This document shows, piece after piece, positions 1 through 9,637 of a stretch of DNA of 64,000 nt. This DNA comes from Oceanispirochaeta sp. (GTDB lineage Bacteria; Spirochaetota; Spirochaetia; DSM-2461): the NCBI GenBank assembly GCA_963666275.2, contig CAXXOA010000002.1, positions 576,001-640,000 of the forward strand, read 5' to 3'. How positions within the stretch are numbered: position 1 is the stretch's first letter; each line of letters opens with the position of its first letter. The notes under the pieces are model-generated. The model was not told the origin of the DNA. It did not search any database and saw only the letters and a list, made by a program, of their open reading frames with translations. A program made the position numbers and the translations under genes.

Positions 1-16
1 TAGGTTATAACTCTTT

Positions 17-445
17 TCATATATGTTTTTCATACATTTTATCAAGGATGGTTCTCAGCTTCGTACTGGACGTCTGTTTTGTGTAGGGAAAGTAGTGTAT
101 GGTCACGCCTTTTTCCGCGAAATCGGCTTCCAGCCTGTTCCACTTTTCAGAACCTTTCCAGTCATCCCCTACAAACATAATATTGAATTTAAGATTATTC
201 CAGGCTTCCCATTTATCATAGGAAGTCTGCGGGACAACCATATCGACATACTGAATACTTTCTACTATAGCCATTCTCTCCTGGAACGGAATGACAGGAG
301 TTTTTCCCTTTTCATTCTGTGAGAGTTCATCTGTTGTTACACCAACTATGAGGTAGTCGCATTCCAGTTTCGCGTTCCGCAGTATATTCAAGTGTCCTAT
401 GTGAAATAAATCAAAAACCCCGGTGGTATAACCAATTTTGACCAC
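17..445 (-). CDS. Glycerol-3-phosphate cytidylyltransferase-like (TagD/CTP_transf family)
   Basis: GVFDLFHIGH (HxGH) motif, VGDDW, C-terminal TSSTKLR. Confidence 0.85.
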   Translation of the reverse strand: MVKIGYTTGVFDLFHIGHLNILRNAKLECDYLIVGVTTDELSQNEKGKTPVIPFQERMAIVESIQYVDMVVPQTSYDKWEAWNNLKFNIMFVGDDWKGSEKWNRLEADFAEKGVTIHYFPYTKQTSSTKLRTILDKMYEKHI

Positions 446-653
446 AATAATCTCCCAGTGTAAATTTCTGACATTATATCTTCAAAGCATCAATATTTCA
501 ATTCATAATGCCTTTGTTTCCAATCATATATTCAAGAACTAAGACTCTTTACAGATAAAAGAGTTACATGGTTTTCTCTTTCCACTTTTAAAGTTTCCAG
601 TCGCCAATCCCCATGTCTTAGAGGTCTGCCTCAGGCATTCCGGTACATTATTA

Positions 654-2045
654 TTAAAAGAGCACCCGTCTGTAACCAAGACCAATCGAAAAATCAAAGT
701 CATCTTTCTGAATATCAAATCCCAGTTTCCCCAGCAGAGCGTCCCTGCTTGAAAGAGTCCATTCGGCTTCGGTATCAATCATAACCGTATGGGTAACGGG
801 ATCTTCCAGTCTGTACCAGTTCTCATAGGGGGCTTCATAGGCTATCTCAATTCCCTCTGCTCCCGCTATAAGCCATTCAAGGCTTGTTGTTAATGCCAGC
901 GCCGGAGCAGTCCATTGGGCAGATAGCTTTGATGTTACCGTATCCGGGCCGTAAAGGGCGCCATAGAAGGTATTCATTGTTTCCCTCTCATACTCCCAGG
1001 AGTAGTACATGGGGTTGGTAAACTTTCCTGATTCGGATTCCCTGTTATAAAGGTATTTGCTCGCCCACATCCAGTCAAAACTGATTCTCAGCCTGGCAGG
1101 AGGCTGTTCCATTGCGCCGATACGGATCATATGGGCATAGGAGCTGCTTTGCCTTTCGGAAACATCCCTTCCCGGTCTGCCCCTGCCCCAGGACGCTCCT
1201 CCTGTCAGTCCCATAGCATTCGGGTTACTGTCGGAAGCTTCAATACTCATATTGTAGTCATCCATTATGAGTGATCCGTAGATCTGCAGTGATGAAACTG
1301 GCATATAGACGTAATAGAGTTCATCCATCACATTCTGGTAGTCCTGATAGTACCCGTGATAGAAGGTGATAAAACCCATATCCTGAATCATGGGAACCTG
1401 CTCATAGATGAGATTGTATTCTGTTATTCCGAAGAGAAATTTCTCCGTTTTCCAGTTAAAGCTGTGAGCAAAAAGAGATTTGTATTCGGTATCTGCCATT
1501 TTTTCCATGGCTTTCCTGTCTGATGTGATTCCTGTAAAAAAATAGGATAATTCTCCTTTGTTCATAAAGAAGGTTTTACTCAGTGCCAGGTGGTCGAAGT
1601 AGGGGGCCGTCCCAGAAAGACCCAGGGCATAATCTCCCGGTCCTATCTGGATCTTTCGCCTTCCTCCGGAGAGATTAAGACCATCCTTCTCCCACTCCAA
1701 ATAACCTACATTGGGAATATTGGGGTCCGTATAGATATTGCCGCTGCGGCTTATATAGGGAAGGTTGGTATAAGGCTGATGGTGCAGATCAACCATCAGG
1801 TCAGTATGAAGATCCATCTGGGTAAATGCTCTGAAGTTATCCTGATGGAGATCCAGGTTGAACATGAGAAAAGAAGGGGTGTCATACCACTCATAAAGCT
1901 GGTTTAACGAAGGGAGAGTCTGATCGCTGTTATACCCGCTGTTAAAGGTGAATAAGGGTGTTACCTCTCCGTTAAACGTGGATTCCGCTCCGGCTGTCAA
2001 GGCAAGGAACGGTAAGAGCAGCAGTAGGGAAACTGTTTTTTTCAT
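654..2045 (-). CDS. Exported, probably outer-membrane protein; divergent Wzi-like
   Basis: N-terminal signal peptide, beta-strand-like composition, C-terminal aromatic strand, coupled to upstream Wzi-like gene. Confidence 0.5.
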   Translation of the reverse strand: MKKTVSLLLLLPFLALTAGAESTFNGEVTPLFTFNSGYNSDQTLPSLNQLYEWYDTPSFLMFNLDLHQDNFRAFTQMDLHTDLMVDLHHQPYTNLPYISRSGNIYTDPNIPNVGYLEWEKDGLNLSGGRRKIQIGPGDYALGLSGTAPYFDHLALSKTFFMNKGELSYFFTGITSDRKAMEKMADTEYKSLFAHSFNWKTEKFLFGITEYNLIYEQVPMIQDMGFITFYHGYYQDYQNVMDELYYVYMPVSSLQIYGSLIMDDYNMSIEASDSNPNAMGLTGGASWGRGRPGRDVSERQSSSYAHMIRIGAMEQPPARLRISFDWMWASKYLYNRESESGKFTNPMYYSWEYERETMNTFYGALYGPDTVTSKLSAQWTAPALALTTSLEWLIAGAEGIEIAYEAPYENWYRLEDPVTHTVMIDTEAEWTLSSRDALLGKLGFDIQKDDFDFSIGLGYRRVLF

Positions 2046-2047
2046 TG

Positions 2048-3721
2048 TCAGTAGTAAAACTCCGCACCTATGCTGAATATATTATTTGTGTAGGATTCCC
2101 ATTTAAGATCAGAGGTTTCCCTGATTTCCCCGAAGACAAGAGCATATCCGCCGTTCAGTGTGACAGGCAGATCCGGAATATCCCAACGGCAATCCAGGGA
2201 AAGAGTATTGACCGATTCAATCAGATGGCCTCCATGGTCTTTAGTATCATATCCGCCCTCTTCGTAGAGGTCATAGTCTATAGAGTCTTTAATAGAGGTT
2301 CCGTATTGATCGCTATGGGTAATGAAGCTGTAGGTCAGGTCAATCAGAAAATTGCTGAACGCCGCTGTTCTGGCTGTAATGAGCAGTTCATGGCTGTCCG
2401 GAGGAAGATGGTATCCCAGATTTTCTCCCTTGTTGGCATAGTAGGTGAGCATCCGGGTTTTTTCCTCCGCATTGTAATAATCTGTGTAGCTGGGGTACTT
2501 CTGAGCATAATGGGTGTAGAAAAAGGGTTCCAGTCGGGTGTACTGAATATTGAGTGTTGTGAAGGGAAGTCCCGGCACAACACCTTTCACACCTCCCTGA
2601 AGGGCAAAGATATTCCGGACTTCGCTGAACCATTTATCATAGGTCCAGTAACGCATTTCATCTGCTGTATAGCTGCCATAGAGCTGATATCCTTCCAGAA
2701 AGTTCCAGGCCAGTTCCAGGCCCAGATACATGTTGTCATAATTCCCCAGGGTATTCTGATAGACAATGTCATTCATGAAAGGATTCATATAACCCAGTTC
2801 AAACCTTTTAACCCATATAACACTCTGATTGATAGAAAAGTCTATACCGTAGGGGAAGTGAAACTCCATCCGATTGCTGGTGAGCATATTCTGAAAAGTA
2901 TCGTCTTCCTCCCAGTCCGTCAGTGTTCCGGTCAGGAAAACATAACTGAAACTGTCGGTAAAATTGAAGGTTCCTTCAATAGCATCAAAAGAGCGGGCAT
3001 TCTCTGAAATCAGGATATTTCCTTCTGCAGGACCCCAGTCTCTTTCTATCATTCCCCAGCGGAGAAAAATCCTGTTGTTCAGAAGGGAAAGGGCCATCTC
3101 GGGGGAGGTATTGTAACTGGACGAATGGCTGTTGTTCTCTCCGTCAGAGTACCCGATAGGGGAATCCTCATTATAGCTGATGTAAAAACCTTCCCCCGGG
3201 GTGCTGTAGGTATAGGGTGCCCAGGCCACAGAACTCAGCTTATCGTATCTCAGACCTGCATCCATACGATAGGAAAAATGGTCTGTCAGGTTTCCCTGAA
3301 AAAGCATATTGAGAACATTGCGCTGATCATAGTTTTCCGGATCTTCGCTGGAGACATTCAGTGACGTGGCAAAGGATGCTCCCAGTTCAAAATCTGAAAT
3401 CTCCGTACCTTTCAGCGGTAGACGGCCGGTTTTTAAAATGTTCTGATCCTTTTCGGGTCTTAATTCAGAAAGGTACTCTCTGATGAGAGCGCTCTCTCTG
3501 GGAGAGTCGGTATTTTCCAGCATCGTATAAAGCATATCTACGACCTGAGCATTGGAATAGGGTTTGGCATAGCTTACAGAAGGAAAAAGGCCGCGGAGCT
3601 TTCCGGCATCCAGAAGCTGGTAAACAGGACTGTCCAGGGGGACAGAGAGCTGATTGGGAGTGGCTGATATTCCTGATAATATCAGGAATAGGAAAAGTAT
3701 CTGTAAAAATCTAAGTTTCAT
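2048..3721 (-). CDS. Capsule assembly Wzi-like outer-membrane protein
   Basis: Start re-called at ATG 3721 (AGGAG RBS); signal peptide; LDSPVYQLLD..KPYS, RDWGP..ILISENARSF, YMNPF and ENLGYHLPPDS segments typical of Wzi-like proteins; ends in FYY. Confidence 0.6.
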   Translation of the reverse strand: MKLRFLQILFLFLILSGISATPNQLSVPLDSPVYQLLDAGKLRGLFPSVSYAKPYSNAQVVDMLYTMLENTDSPRESALIREYLSELRPEKDQNILKTGRLPLKGTEISDFELGASFATSLNVSSEDPENYDQRNVLNMLFQGNLTDHFSYRMDAGLRYDKLSSVAWAPYTYSTPGEGFYISYNEDSPIGYSDGENNSHSSSYNTSPEMALSLLNNRIFLRWGMIERDWGPAEGNILISENARSFDAIEGTFNFTDSFSYVFLTGTLTDWEEDDTFQNMLTSNRMEFHFPYGIDFSINQSVIWVKRFELGYMNPFMNDIVYQNTLGNYDNMYLGLELAWNFLEGYQLYGSYTADEMRYWTYDKWFSEVRNIFALQGGVKGVVPGLPFTTLNIQYTRLEPFFYTHYAQKYPSYTDYYNAEEKTRMLTYYANKGENLGYHLPPDSHELLITARTAAFSNFLIDLTYSFITHSDQYGTSIKDSIDYDLYEEGGYDTKDHGGHLIESVNTLSLDCRWDIPDLPVTLNGGYALVFGEIRETSDLKWESYTNNIFSIGAEFYY

Positions 3722-3989
3722 GGAAAACTCCTGGCAGATTATTGATAGTAAATACGGGCAAATAATATGTGAGCCGTCAACTATGTATAACACTTAATTG
3801 AATACCAATAACTTTTAAAATTGGAAATTTAAATATTTACTGTAAATATGACCTTTTTTGAAGTTTTAGGAAAGTTAATAATACCACCTGGAGCGGGTTT
3901 CCGGATGAATTTTACTGGAACATTTTTCATAAAGAGGGAAAAGAGGATTCCTCCAGGGGGGATCCCTGTCTTCAAGGTGATTTATAAAC

Positions 3990-4019
3990 AAAAAAAGAGG
4001 CCACAGGGACCCCTTTTTT
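3990..4019 (-). terminator. Probable intrinsic terminator after tRNA-Leu
   Basis: Imperfect hairpin flanked by A/T runs immediately 3' of the tRNA. Confidence 0.5.
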
Positions 4020-4020
4020 A

Positions 4021-4104
4021 TACCGGCGATCGGACTCGAACCGATACAGGATTGCTCCCAGCAGATTTTGAGTCTGCCGTGTCTACCAATTTCACCACGC
4101 CGGC
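4021..4104 (-). tRNA. tRNA-Leu (CAA)
   Basis: GCCGGCGTGGTGAAATTGGTAGACAC-GCAGA CT CAA AA TCTGC-variable arm-GGTTCGAGTCC; CCA not encoded. Confidence 0.97.
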
Positions 4105-4117
4105 AGATCATTTGAGA

Positions 4118-4146
4118 AAGATAGCCCAACAGGATTGGCTTGTCAA
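4118..4146 (-). promoter_or_regulatory. sigma70-type promoter of tRNA-Leu
   Basis: TTGACA-N17-TATCTT on the minus strand. Confidence 0.7.
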
Positions 4147-4189
4147 GCCGAGATAATTGTGTAAAAATTTCCTGTGGAGGTAGGTTTCG

Positions 4190-4915
4190 ATGTTTCTTGC
4201 AGGCTCTTTTCTTTTCTGGCTTTTCTTTCTTGTGACAATAGTATTTATGTTCTTTCCGGCTCTGCTTATCTGGCTTCTAACGCTTCCCTTTGACAGGAAC
4301 AAGAGGATTCTTCATCAGTATTCCTGTTTCTGGGGGTCCCTTTATACATGGTTCAATCCCTTTTTAAAGCTCCAGATCCGGGGGCGGGAAAAGATAGAGA
4401 AGGGACAATCCTATGTTTTCTGCGCCAACCATCAGTCCATGATGGATATTGTCATTCTCTACAGACTTTTCCTGCATTTTAAATGGGTCTCCAAAAAAGA
4501 GATCTTCAAGGTCCCTTTTCTGGGGTGGAACATGCGCCTGAATAACTACCTCTCTCTGGATCGGGCCAGTCCCTCCAGTCAGATCAGAATGATGAAGCAG
4601 GGGGAACAGCTTCTGCGGAGAGGCAGCTCCCTCATGATTTTTCCCGAAGGAACCCGGTCAAAAGACGGAGCCCTTGGAAGATTCCGGGATGGGGCGTTTA
4701 TTCTGGCACAGAAAACAGACAGTCCTGTTGTTCCAGTTGTTCTGAAGGGCTCGGGAGATGTATTCCGGGATGGGGCTTTTTTCTATAAGAGGGTCTATTC
4801 CATGTCGATAGATCTGCTCGATCCTGTCTCTCCCCGGACTGAAGAGAGCCCTAAAGCTCTGGGACGTTCAGTCCGTAAAGAGATGCAGAAGGCCCTGGGT
4901 CAGTCATATGACTAG
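4190..4915 (+). CDS. plsC: 1-acyl-sn-glycerol-3-phosphate acyltransferase
   Basis: NHQSMMD and FPEGTRS motifs; GGAGT RBS. Confidence 0.88.
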   Translation: MFLAGSFLFWLFFLVTIVFMFFPALLIWLLTLPFDRNKRILHQYSCFWGSLYTWFNPFLKLQIRGREKIEKGQSYVFCANHQSMMDIVILYRLFLHFKWVSKKEIFKVPFLGWNMRLNNYLSLDRASPSSQIRMMKQGEQLLRRGSSLMIFPEGTRSKDGALGRFRDGAFILAQKTDSPVVPVVLKGSGDVFRDGAFFYKRVYSMSIDLLDPVSPRTEESPKALGRSVRKEMQKALGQSYD

Positions 4916-5780
4916 ATTCCTGAAGGGGCTGGTTTTCTCAGTACTCCTTCCGCTTATCCTTGCCACATCCTGCCAATCTGTTCCCTATCAGATGACCCCG
5001 GAGCAGCTGATAGCTCCGCCGGCAGATTCTCCCTTATGGACAGAGACAGAGTACGAGGGAATCTCCCGGCTTCAGTACAGGGAGGCAGAGCTGTCAGTCT
5101 CTCTATCGGCATTGCGTATTGATATGGGTTCCGGTCTTTATGATCTCATCCAGACAGAACCGGACCCTTCTGGTAAAGGAGAGGCCAGGAGTGCCCGGGT
5201 CTCTGAATTCGTACGGGATTATCATCTGATTGCCGGTATGAACGGCGCCCCCTTCAGTCCTGCCAATATTTTTAACAGAAAAAATATCTCAAGTGAAATA
5301 GCCGGGCTTATCCTTATAGACGGTACAATCATATCCTCTCCTGTTTCCTATTTTGATTCCCTCTATAAATTGAAGGGAGGAGAACTGCTTATCTCTTCTC
5401 AAAGTTCTCTGCCCGAGGACGTTGTCTGGGCTATAGGAGGCTTTCATATCGCTCTGGAAAACGGTGAGGTTACAGGAAGGAGGGATATCCGGCATCCCCG
5501 CAGCGTCCTGGGACTTTCCCGGGAAGGTAACCTTCTATATCTGGCTGTTTTTGACGGACGGCAGAAAAACGCTGCAGGAGTGACCACCGAAGAGATCGGC
5601 CTCTGGATGGCCTGGCTGGGAGCCTATGATGCCCTCAATATGGATGGCGGCGGCAGTTCCGCACTGGTTCTGAATGAGGACGGGGATTACCGCCTGTTGA
5701 ATACTCCCATTCACAGAGGGAAACCCGGGCTGGAACGGTCTGTTGCCAGCCATATCGGTGTATTCCTTCTGAAGGATTGA
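4908..5780 (+). CDS. Phosphodiester glycosidase (NAGPA) family lipoprotein
   Basis: Lipobox ATSC; HPRSVLG, DGRQ and ALNMDGGGSS motifs. Confidence 0.85.
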   Translation: MTRFLKGLVFSVLLPLILATSCQSVPYQMTPEQLIAPPADSPLWTETEYEGISRLQYREAELSVSLSALRIDMGSGLYDLIQTEPDPSGKGEARSARVSEFVRDYHLIAGMNGAPFSPANIFNRKNISSEIAGLILIDGTIISSPVSYFDSLYKLKGGELLISSQSSLPEDVVWAIGGFHIALENGEVTGRRDIRHPRSVLGLSREGNLLYLAVFDGRQKNAAGVTTEEIGLWMAWLGAYDALNMDGGGSSALVLNEDGDYRLLNTPIHRGKPGLERSVASHIGVFLLKD

Positions 5781-5783
5781 TAC

Positions 5784-7532
5784 TCAGACTTTGATTATTC
5801 CTGAATCATCCTGGGTCTTCAGCCATTCGATCACTTTGGGACGTTTGATCTTTTTGGTTGTCGTCATCTCCATGGGCTCATCCAGGATTCTGAATCTGGA
5901 GATCTTTTTATAAGAGAGGAGCTCTCTGTTCACATGGTGAACCGCTTCGATCATATCTTCCCGGATCTGATCTGTGTTGGTAATACTCAGGGATTCGTAG
6001 TGTTCCCTGTTCGGATAGATCAGAGCTTCTATTCCCTCACCTCTTGTCTCCTCATTGGCCAGATAGCCGAGGATCAGGATCTGCTCAATCTGCTGAAAAA
6101 GCTGGAAGTGATCTTCAATCTCTTCGGGGAAAACATTCTTCCCTCCTTCGGTGACAATCAGGGATTTGGCCCGACCTGTCAAATAGAGATAGTTCTCCTT
6201 GTCCAGATAACCCAGGTCACCTGTTTTCAGATAGCCGTCATCGGTAAAGAGTTCTTTTGTGGCTTCTTCGTTTTTGTAATATCCTCTACAGCAGATGGGG
6301 CCTTTTATAATGATCTCCCCTATGCCGTCCTCATCGGGATCAAGGATCTTCATATCAATAAGGGGAAAGACCTTTCCCACAGATTTTACCTTGAAGGCAT
6401 GAGCCGGATTGAGTGTGGAAATGGGGGCAGTTTCTGTCATTCCATACCCCTGTACAAAGTCCAATCCCAGTTCCTGGTATCTCCGGAAGGTCTCAGGAGC
6501 CAGAGGCCCGCCGCCGCAGATCATATAGCGCACAGTGTAGAGATTGGCTTTTTTCAGAAGGAGATTGCCAAAAATCTTTTTACCCAGGTTGATATCAAAT
6601 ATCTGTTTGATAATGCCGCTGACCCGCATCAGAAACCCGATAAGCAGATGAATGGCCAGTCCCTTGGAACGAACCTGTTTCATCATTCCCTTAAGGATCT
6701 TGTTGTAGAGAAGGGGGATCCCCATGATGACAGTAATTCCGCCGCGCTTCAGATCGTTCATCATCTGACCTACCGAGAGGCCCCCTGCAAAGACAAGTTC
6801 ACAGCCTATGGAGATGGCCTCCAGAAAAACCGCGGTCATGCAGTAGCTATGGTGGAGGGGGAGAAGAGCATAGAGTACATCTTCGGGCACCACTCCCAGA
6901 AACATGGGATGATTCGCCTGCAGGGCATCGGTGGAAAAGTTTTTGTGGGTAAGCATCACCCCTTTTTCATTGCCCGTTGTACCTGAAGTAAACAGAATCG
7001 CCGCCAGGTCCTCCTCTTCGGCCCATGTGGTTATGGTTTCCGGAGTCTCAGGCAGATCCAGGATATAGTTTTCTTTCTCCCCGGAAAGGGAAATTCTTGT
7101 TTTTACAGAAGAATTTTCCCATCCAAGGGAGTCATATTTCTCTTTATCGACAAAGAGGAATTCGGCTTCTACAAAATTGAGAATCCGCTCGGTCGTTTCT
7201 TTTTCCAGCTGATAGTCTATGGGGACGATGATTCCCCCGAATTCCAGAACCGCCAGATAGGCCATGGCCCATTCGGGGGAATTCTTGCCGGTCAGAGCAA
7301 TGCGGTCTCCTTTGGCCGCTCCCCTGCTGACAAGAAAGTTTGCTGTATTCCGGATGATCGCCTTGGCTTCAGAGAAGGTATAGTGAGTCTCTTTGGGAGC
7401 AAAAGACGTGAAACAGACCTTGTCGGGAAATCGGTGAAGCGAGACATTGAACATTTCGGAAATGGTCGGCCACTCTCCTTTGATGAATTCTCCCCTGAAG
7501 CTATCAAGCCAGGAATATGCGGAATCTGCCAT
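5784..7532 (-). CDS. Long-chain fatty acid--CoA ligase (AMP-binding)
   Basis: FTSGTTGNEKG, QGYGMTE, TGDLG and GRAK motifs. Confidence 0.9.
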   Translation of the reverse strand: MADSAYSWLDSFRGEFIKGEWPTISEMFNVSLHRFPDKVCFTSFAPKETHYTFSEAKAIIRNTANFLVSRGAAKGDRIALTGKNSPEWAMAYLAVLEFGGIIVPIDYQLEKETTERILNFVEAEFLFVDKEKYDSLGWENSSVKTRISLSGEKENYILDLPETPETITTWAEEEDLAAILFTSGTTGNEKGVMLTHKNFSTDALQANHPMFLGVVPEDVLYALLPLHHSYCMTAVFLEAISIGCELVFAGGLSVGQMMNDLKRGGITVIMGIPLLYNKILKGMMKQVRSKGLAIHLLIGFLMRVSGIIKQIFDINLGKKIFGNLLLKKANLYTVRYMICGGGPLAPETFRRYQELGLDFVQGYGMTETAPISTLNPAHAFKVKSVGKVFPLIDMKILDPDEDGIGEIIIKGPICCRGYYKNEEATKELFTDDGYLKTGDLGYLDKENYLYLTGRAKSLIVTEGGKNVFPEEIEDHFQLFQQIEQILILGYLANEETRGEGIEALIYPNREHYESLSITNTDQIREDMIEAVHHVNRELLSYKKISRFRILDEPMEMTTTKKIKRPKVIEWLKTQDDSGIIKV

Positions 7533-7652
7533 AAACTCTCTCCTGAATAACGATTTTGAATGGATCTATTATAACAGTAAAACAGTCTTTGTATAGAAAA
7601 AAAGGCGGATAGGCAAGGATGGGATGATACTGGATGATAGGGACGGTGTGAT

Positions 7653-8499
7653 AGGGACGGAGGAACTCTCTGTAGGGAAGATGCGGATTAATACACGATA
7701 AACCTGGGTTTATTGGAAAATTGAGCCGGTTTTTCAACAATTTGAAGAGGGCGATTCGGAGTGCAATCTATCTTTTCAAAAGTTGGTACTTACCAGTGAG
7801 AGATTTCAGAAAGAATCCTTATAAAAAGAGAAAAAAGGTATCTTTAGACTTTGTTTTCCGGTCAATCCTGGCCATTTTCAAGCAGTATTCCACTATGATT
7901 ATAAGATGAGGATTGTTATTTACCTTTTGAAATCGATAAAAATCGCCTACATAATCAGTTTTAACCATTCATCGGGAGGATCAAGCAGCCGTAAGCGGCC
8001 CTTTTTCAGCTCGTACAGTCCTCCCCATATGTAATTTTCAGCTTTTTCACATAATCCGGCTTTCACAGGGTTATTGGAATATAATGGAATGTGTTCACCA
8101 GCTGCCGGAAGCTGGCGATAATTTTACTTTTGAAACGATCATACCAGACATGCCCTTGCAATCCGAACAATTTGTTAAACCGCATGGCAAACACTCCCAG
8201 GATCCATTGCATCAGTTTGGATAATATGGTGTCTCCTTTCGGTTTAATCAGTAAGTGGACGTGGTTAGTCATTATGGAGTAATGAATTAGTTCAACATCG
8301 AATTTCTTTTTTGCCTCTTCGACCACACGTGAAAAGAGTTCCTTCACTTCATCCGTATTGAGAATAAATTCTCCCCGGTTTGTTTTGGCTGTCACATGAT
8401 ATGTGGCACCGTCCTGTAAATATCTTGGTTTTCTCATAACTGGTATACAGCAGAATTAACAGTCATGCTTCAAATTTTCTCATTTCTTCCTCCGTCCCT
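7653..8499 (-). mobile_element. RAYT/Y1 HUH transposase element, copy 1, bounded by 13-bp inverted repeats
   Basis: AGGGACGGAGGAA (7653-7665) and TTCCTCCGTCCCT (8487-8499). Confidence 0.7.
7947..8437 (-). pseudogene. Frameshifted REP-associated tyrosine transposase (RAYT)
   Basis: One A missing near 8079 relative to copy 2; frame stops after HYIPITL (124 aa) and loses NPVKAGL and the C-terminus. Confidence 0.85.
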
Positions 8500-8565
8500 C
8501 TCTTTTAGCTGTCCTTTTATCCATCACATTGAAACAAACAAAGAAAACTGGCTATTCTCATAAAT

Positions 8566-8703
8566 ATGAATACACTGGGTATCGGACTGGATTTCGGAAA
8601 TTCCAATACTACTATGGCTGTCTTTGACGGCGAGACTCTCACATATGTTAAAATCGATCACTCTCTGGAGAGGGGAACGGTCATGCCCTCGGCTCTTTAT
8701 ATT
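8566..8703 (+). pseudogene. Duplicated 5' fragment (46 codons) of the Hsp70-like gene
   Basis: Matches 9638-9775; reads into copy 2 to give the chimeric 64-aa ORF 8566-8760. Confidence 0.9.
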
Positions 8704-8711
8704 GGTGTGAT

Positions 8712-9560
8712 AGGGACGGAGGAACTCTCTGTAGGGAAGATGCGGATTAATACACGATAAACCTGGGTTTATTTGAAAATTGAGCCGGTTTTTCAACAAT
8801 TTGAAGAGGGCGATTCGGAGGGCAATCTATCTTTTCAAAAGTTGGTACTTACCAGTGAGAGATTTCAGAAAGAATCCTTATAAAAAGAGAAAAAAGGTCT
8901 CCTTAGACTTTGTTTTCCGGTCAATCCTGGCCATTTTCAAGCAGTATTCCACTATGTTTGTAAGATGAGGATTGTTATTTACCTTTTAAAATCGATAAAA
9001 AATCGCCTACATAATCAGTTTTAACCATTCATCGGGAGGATCAAGCAGCCGTAAGCGGCCCTTTTTCAGCTCGTACAGTCCTCCCCATATGTAATTTTCA
9101 GCTTTTTCACATAATCCGGCTTTCACAGGGTTATTGGAAATATAATGGAATGTGTTCACCAGCTGCCGGAAGCTGGCGATAATTTTACTTTTGAAACGAT
9201 CATACCAGACATGCCCTTGCAATCCGAACAATTTGTTAAACCGCATGGCAAACACTCCCAGGATCCATTGCATCAGTTTGGATAATATGGTGTCTCCTTT
9301 CGGTTTAATCAGTAAGTGGACGTGGTTAGTCATTATGGAGTATTGAATTAGTTCAACATCGAATTTCTTTTTTGCCTCTTCGACCACACGTGAAAAGAGT
9401 TCCTTCACTTCATCCGTATTGAGAATGAATTCTCCCCGGTTTGTTTTGGCTGTCACATGATATGTGGCACCGTCCTGTAAATATCTTGGTTTTCTCATAA
9501 CTGGTATACAGCAGAATTAACTGTCATGCTTCAAATTTTCTCATTTCTTCCTCCGTCCCT
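8712..9560 (-). mobile_element. RAYT/Y1 HUH transposase element, copy 2, bounded by 13-bp inverted repeats
   Basis: AGGGACGGAGGAA (8712-8724) and TTCCTCCGTCCCT (9548-9560). Confidence 0.7.
9007..9498 (-). CDS. REP-associated tyrosine transposase (RAYT, Y1_Tnp superfamily), intact
   Basis: YHVT, MTNHVHLL (HUH), GHVWYDRF and YISNNPVKAGL (catalytic Tyr). Confidence 0.9.
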   Translation of the reverse strand: MRKPRYLQDGATYHVTAKTNRGEFILNTDEVKELFSRVVEEAKKKFDVELIQYSIMTNHVHLLIKPKGDTILSKLMQWILGVFAMRFNKLFGLQGHVWYDRFKSKIIASFRQLVNTFHYISNNPVKAGLCEKAENYIWGGLYELKKGRLRLLDPPDEWLKLIM

Positions 9561-9637
9561 CTCTTTTCCCTCTCTTTTAGCTGTCCTTTTATCCATCACA
9601 TTGAAACAAACAAAGAAAACTGGCTATTCTCATAAAT

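Noticed and set aside
2045..3007. 320-aa plus-strand ORF, and similar long antisense ORFs at 5934-6986, 16461-17570, 36570-37817, 38976-39815, 45739-46698 and 48323-49282
   Set aside because: Shadows of well-supported genes on the opposite strand; no recognisable motifs
3875..4129. 84-aa ORF (and 3848-4156)
   Set aside because: Overlaps the tRNA-Leu gene
7721..7909. 62-aa ORF present in both duplicated copies (also 8780-8968)
   Set aside because: TTG start without a clear RBS; two synonymous versus three non-synonymous differences give no real evidence of coding
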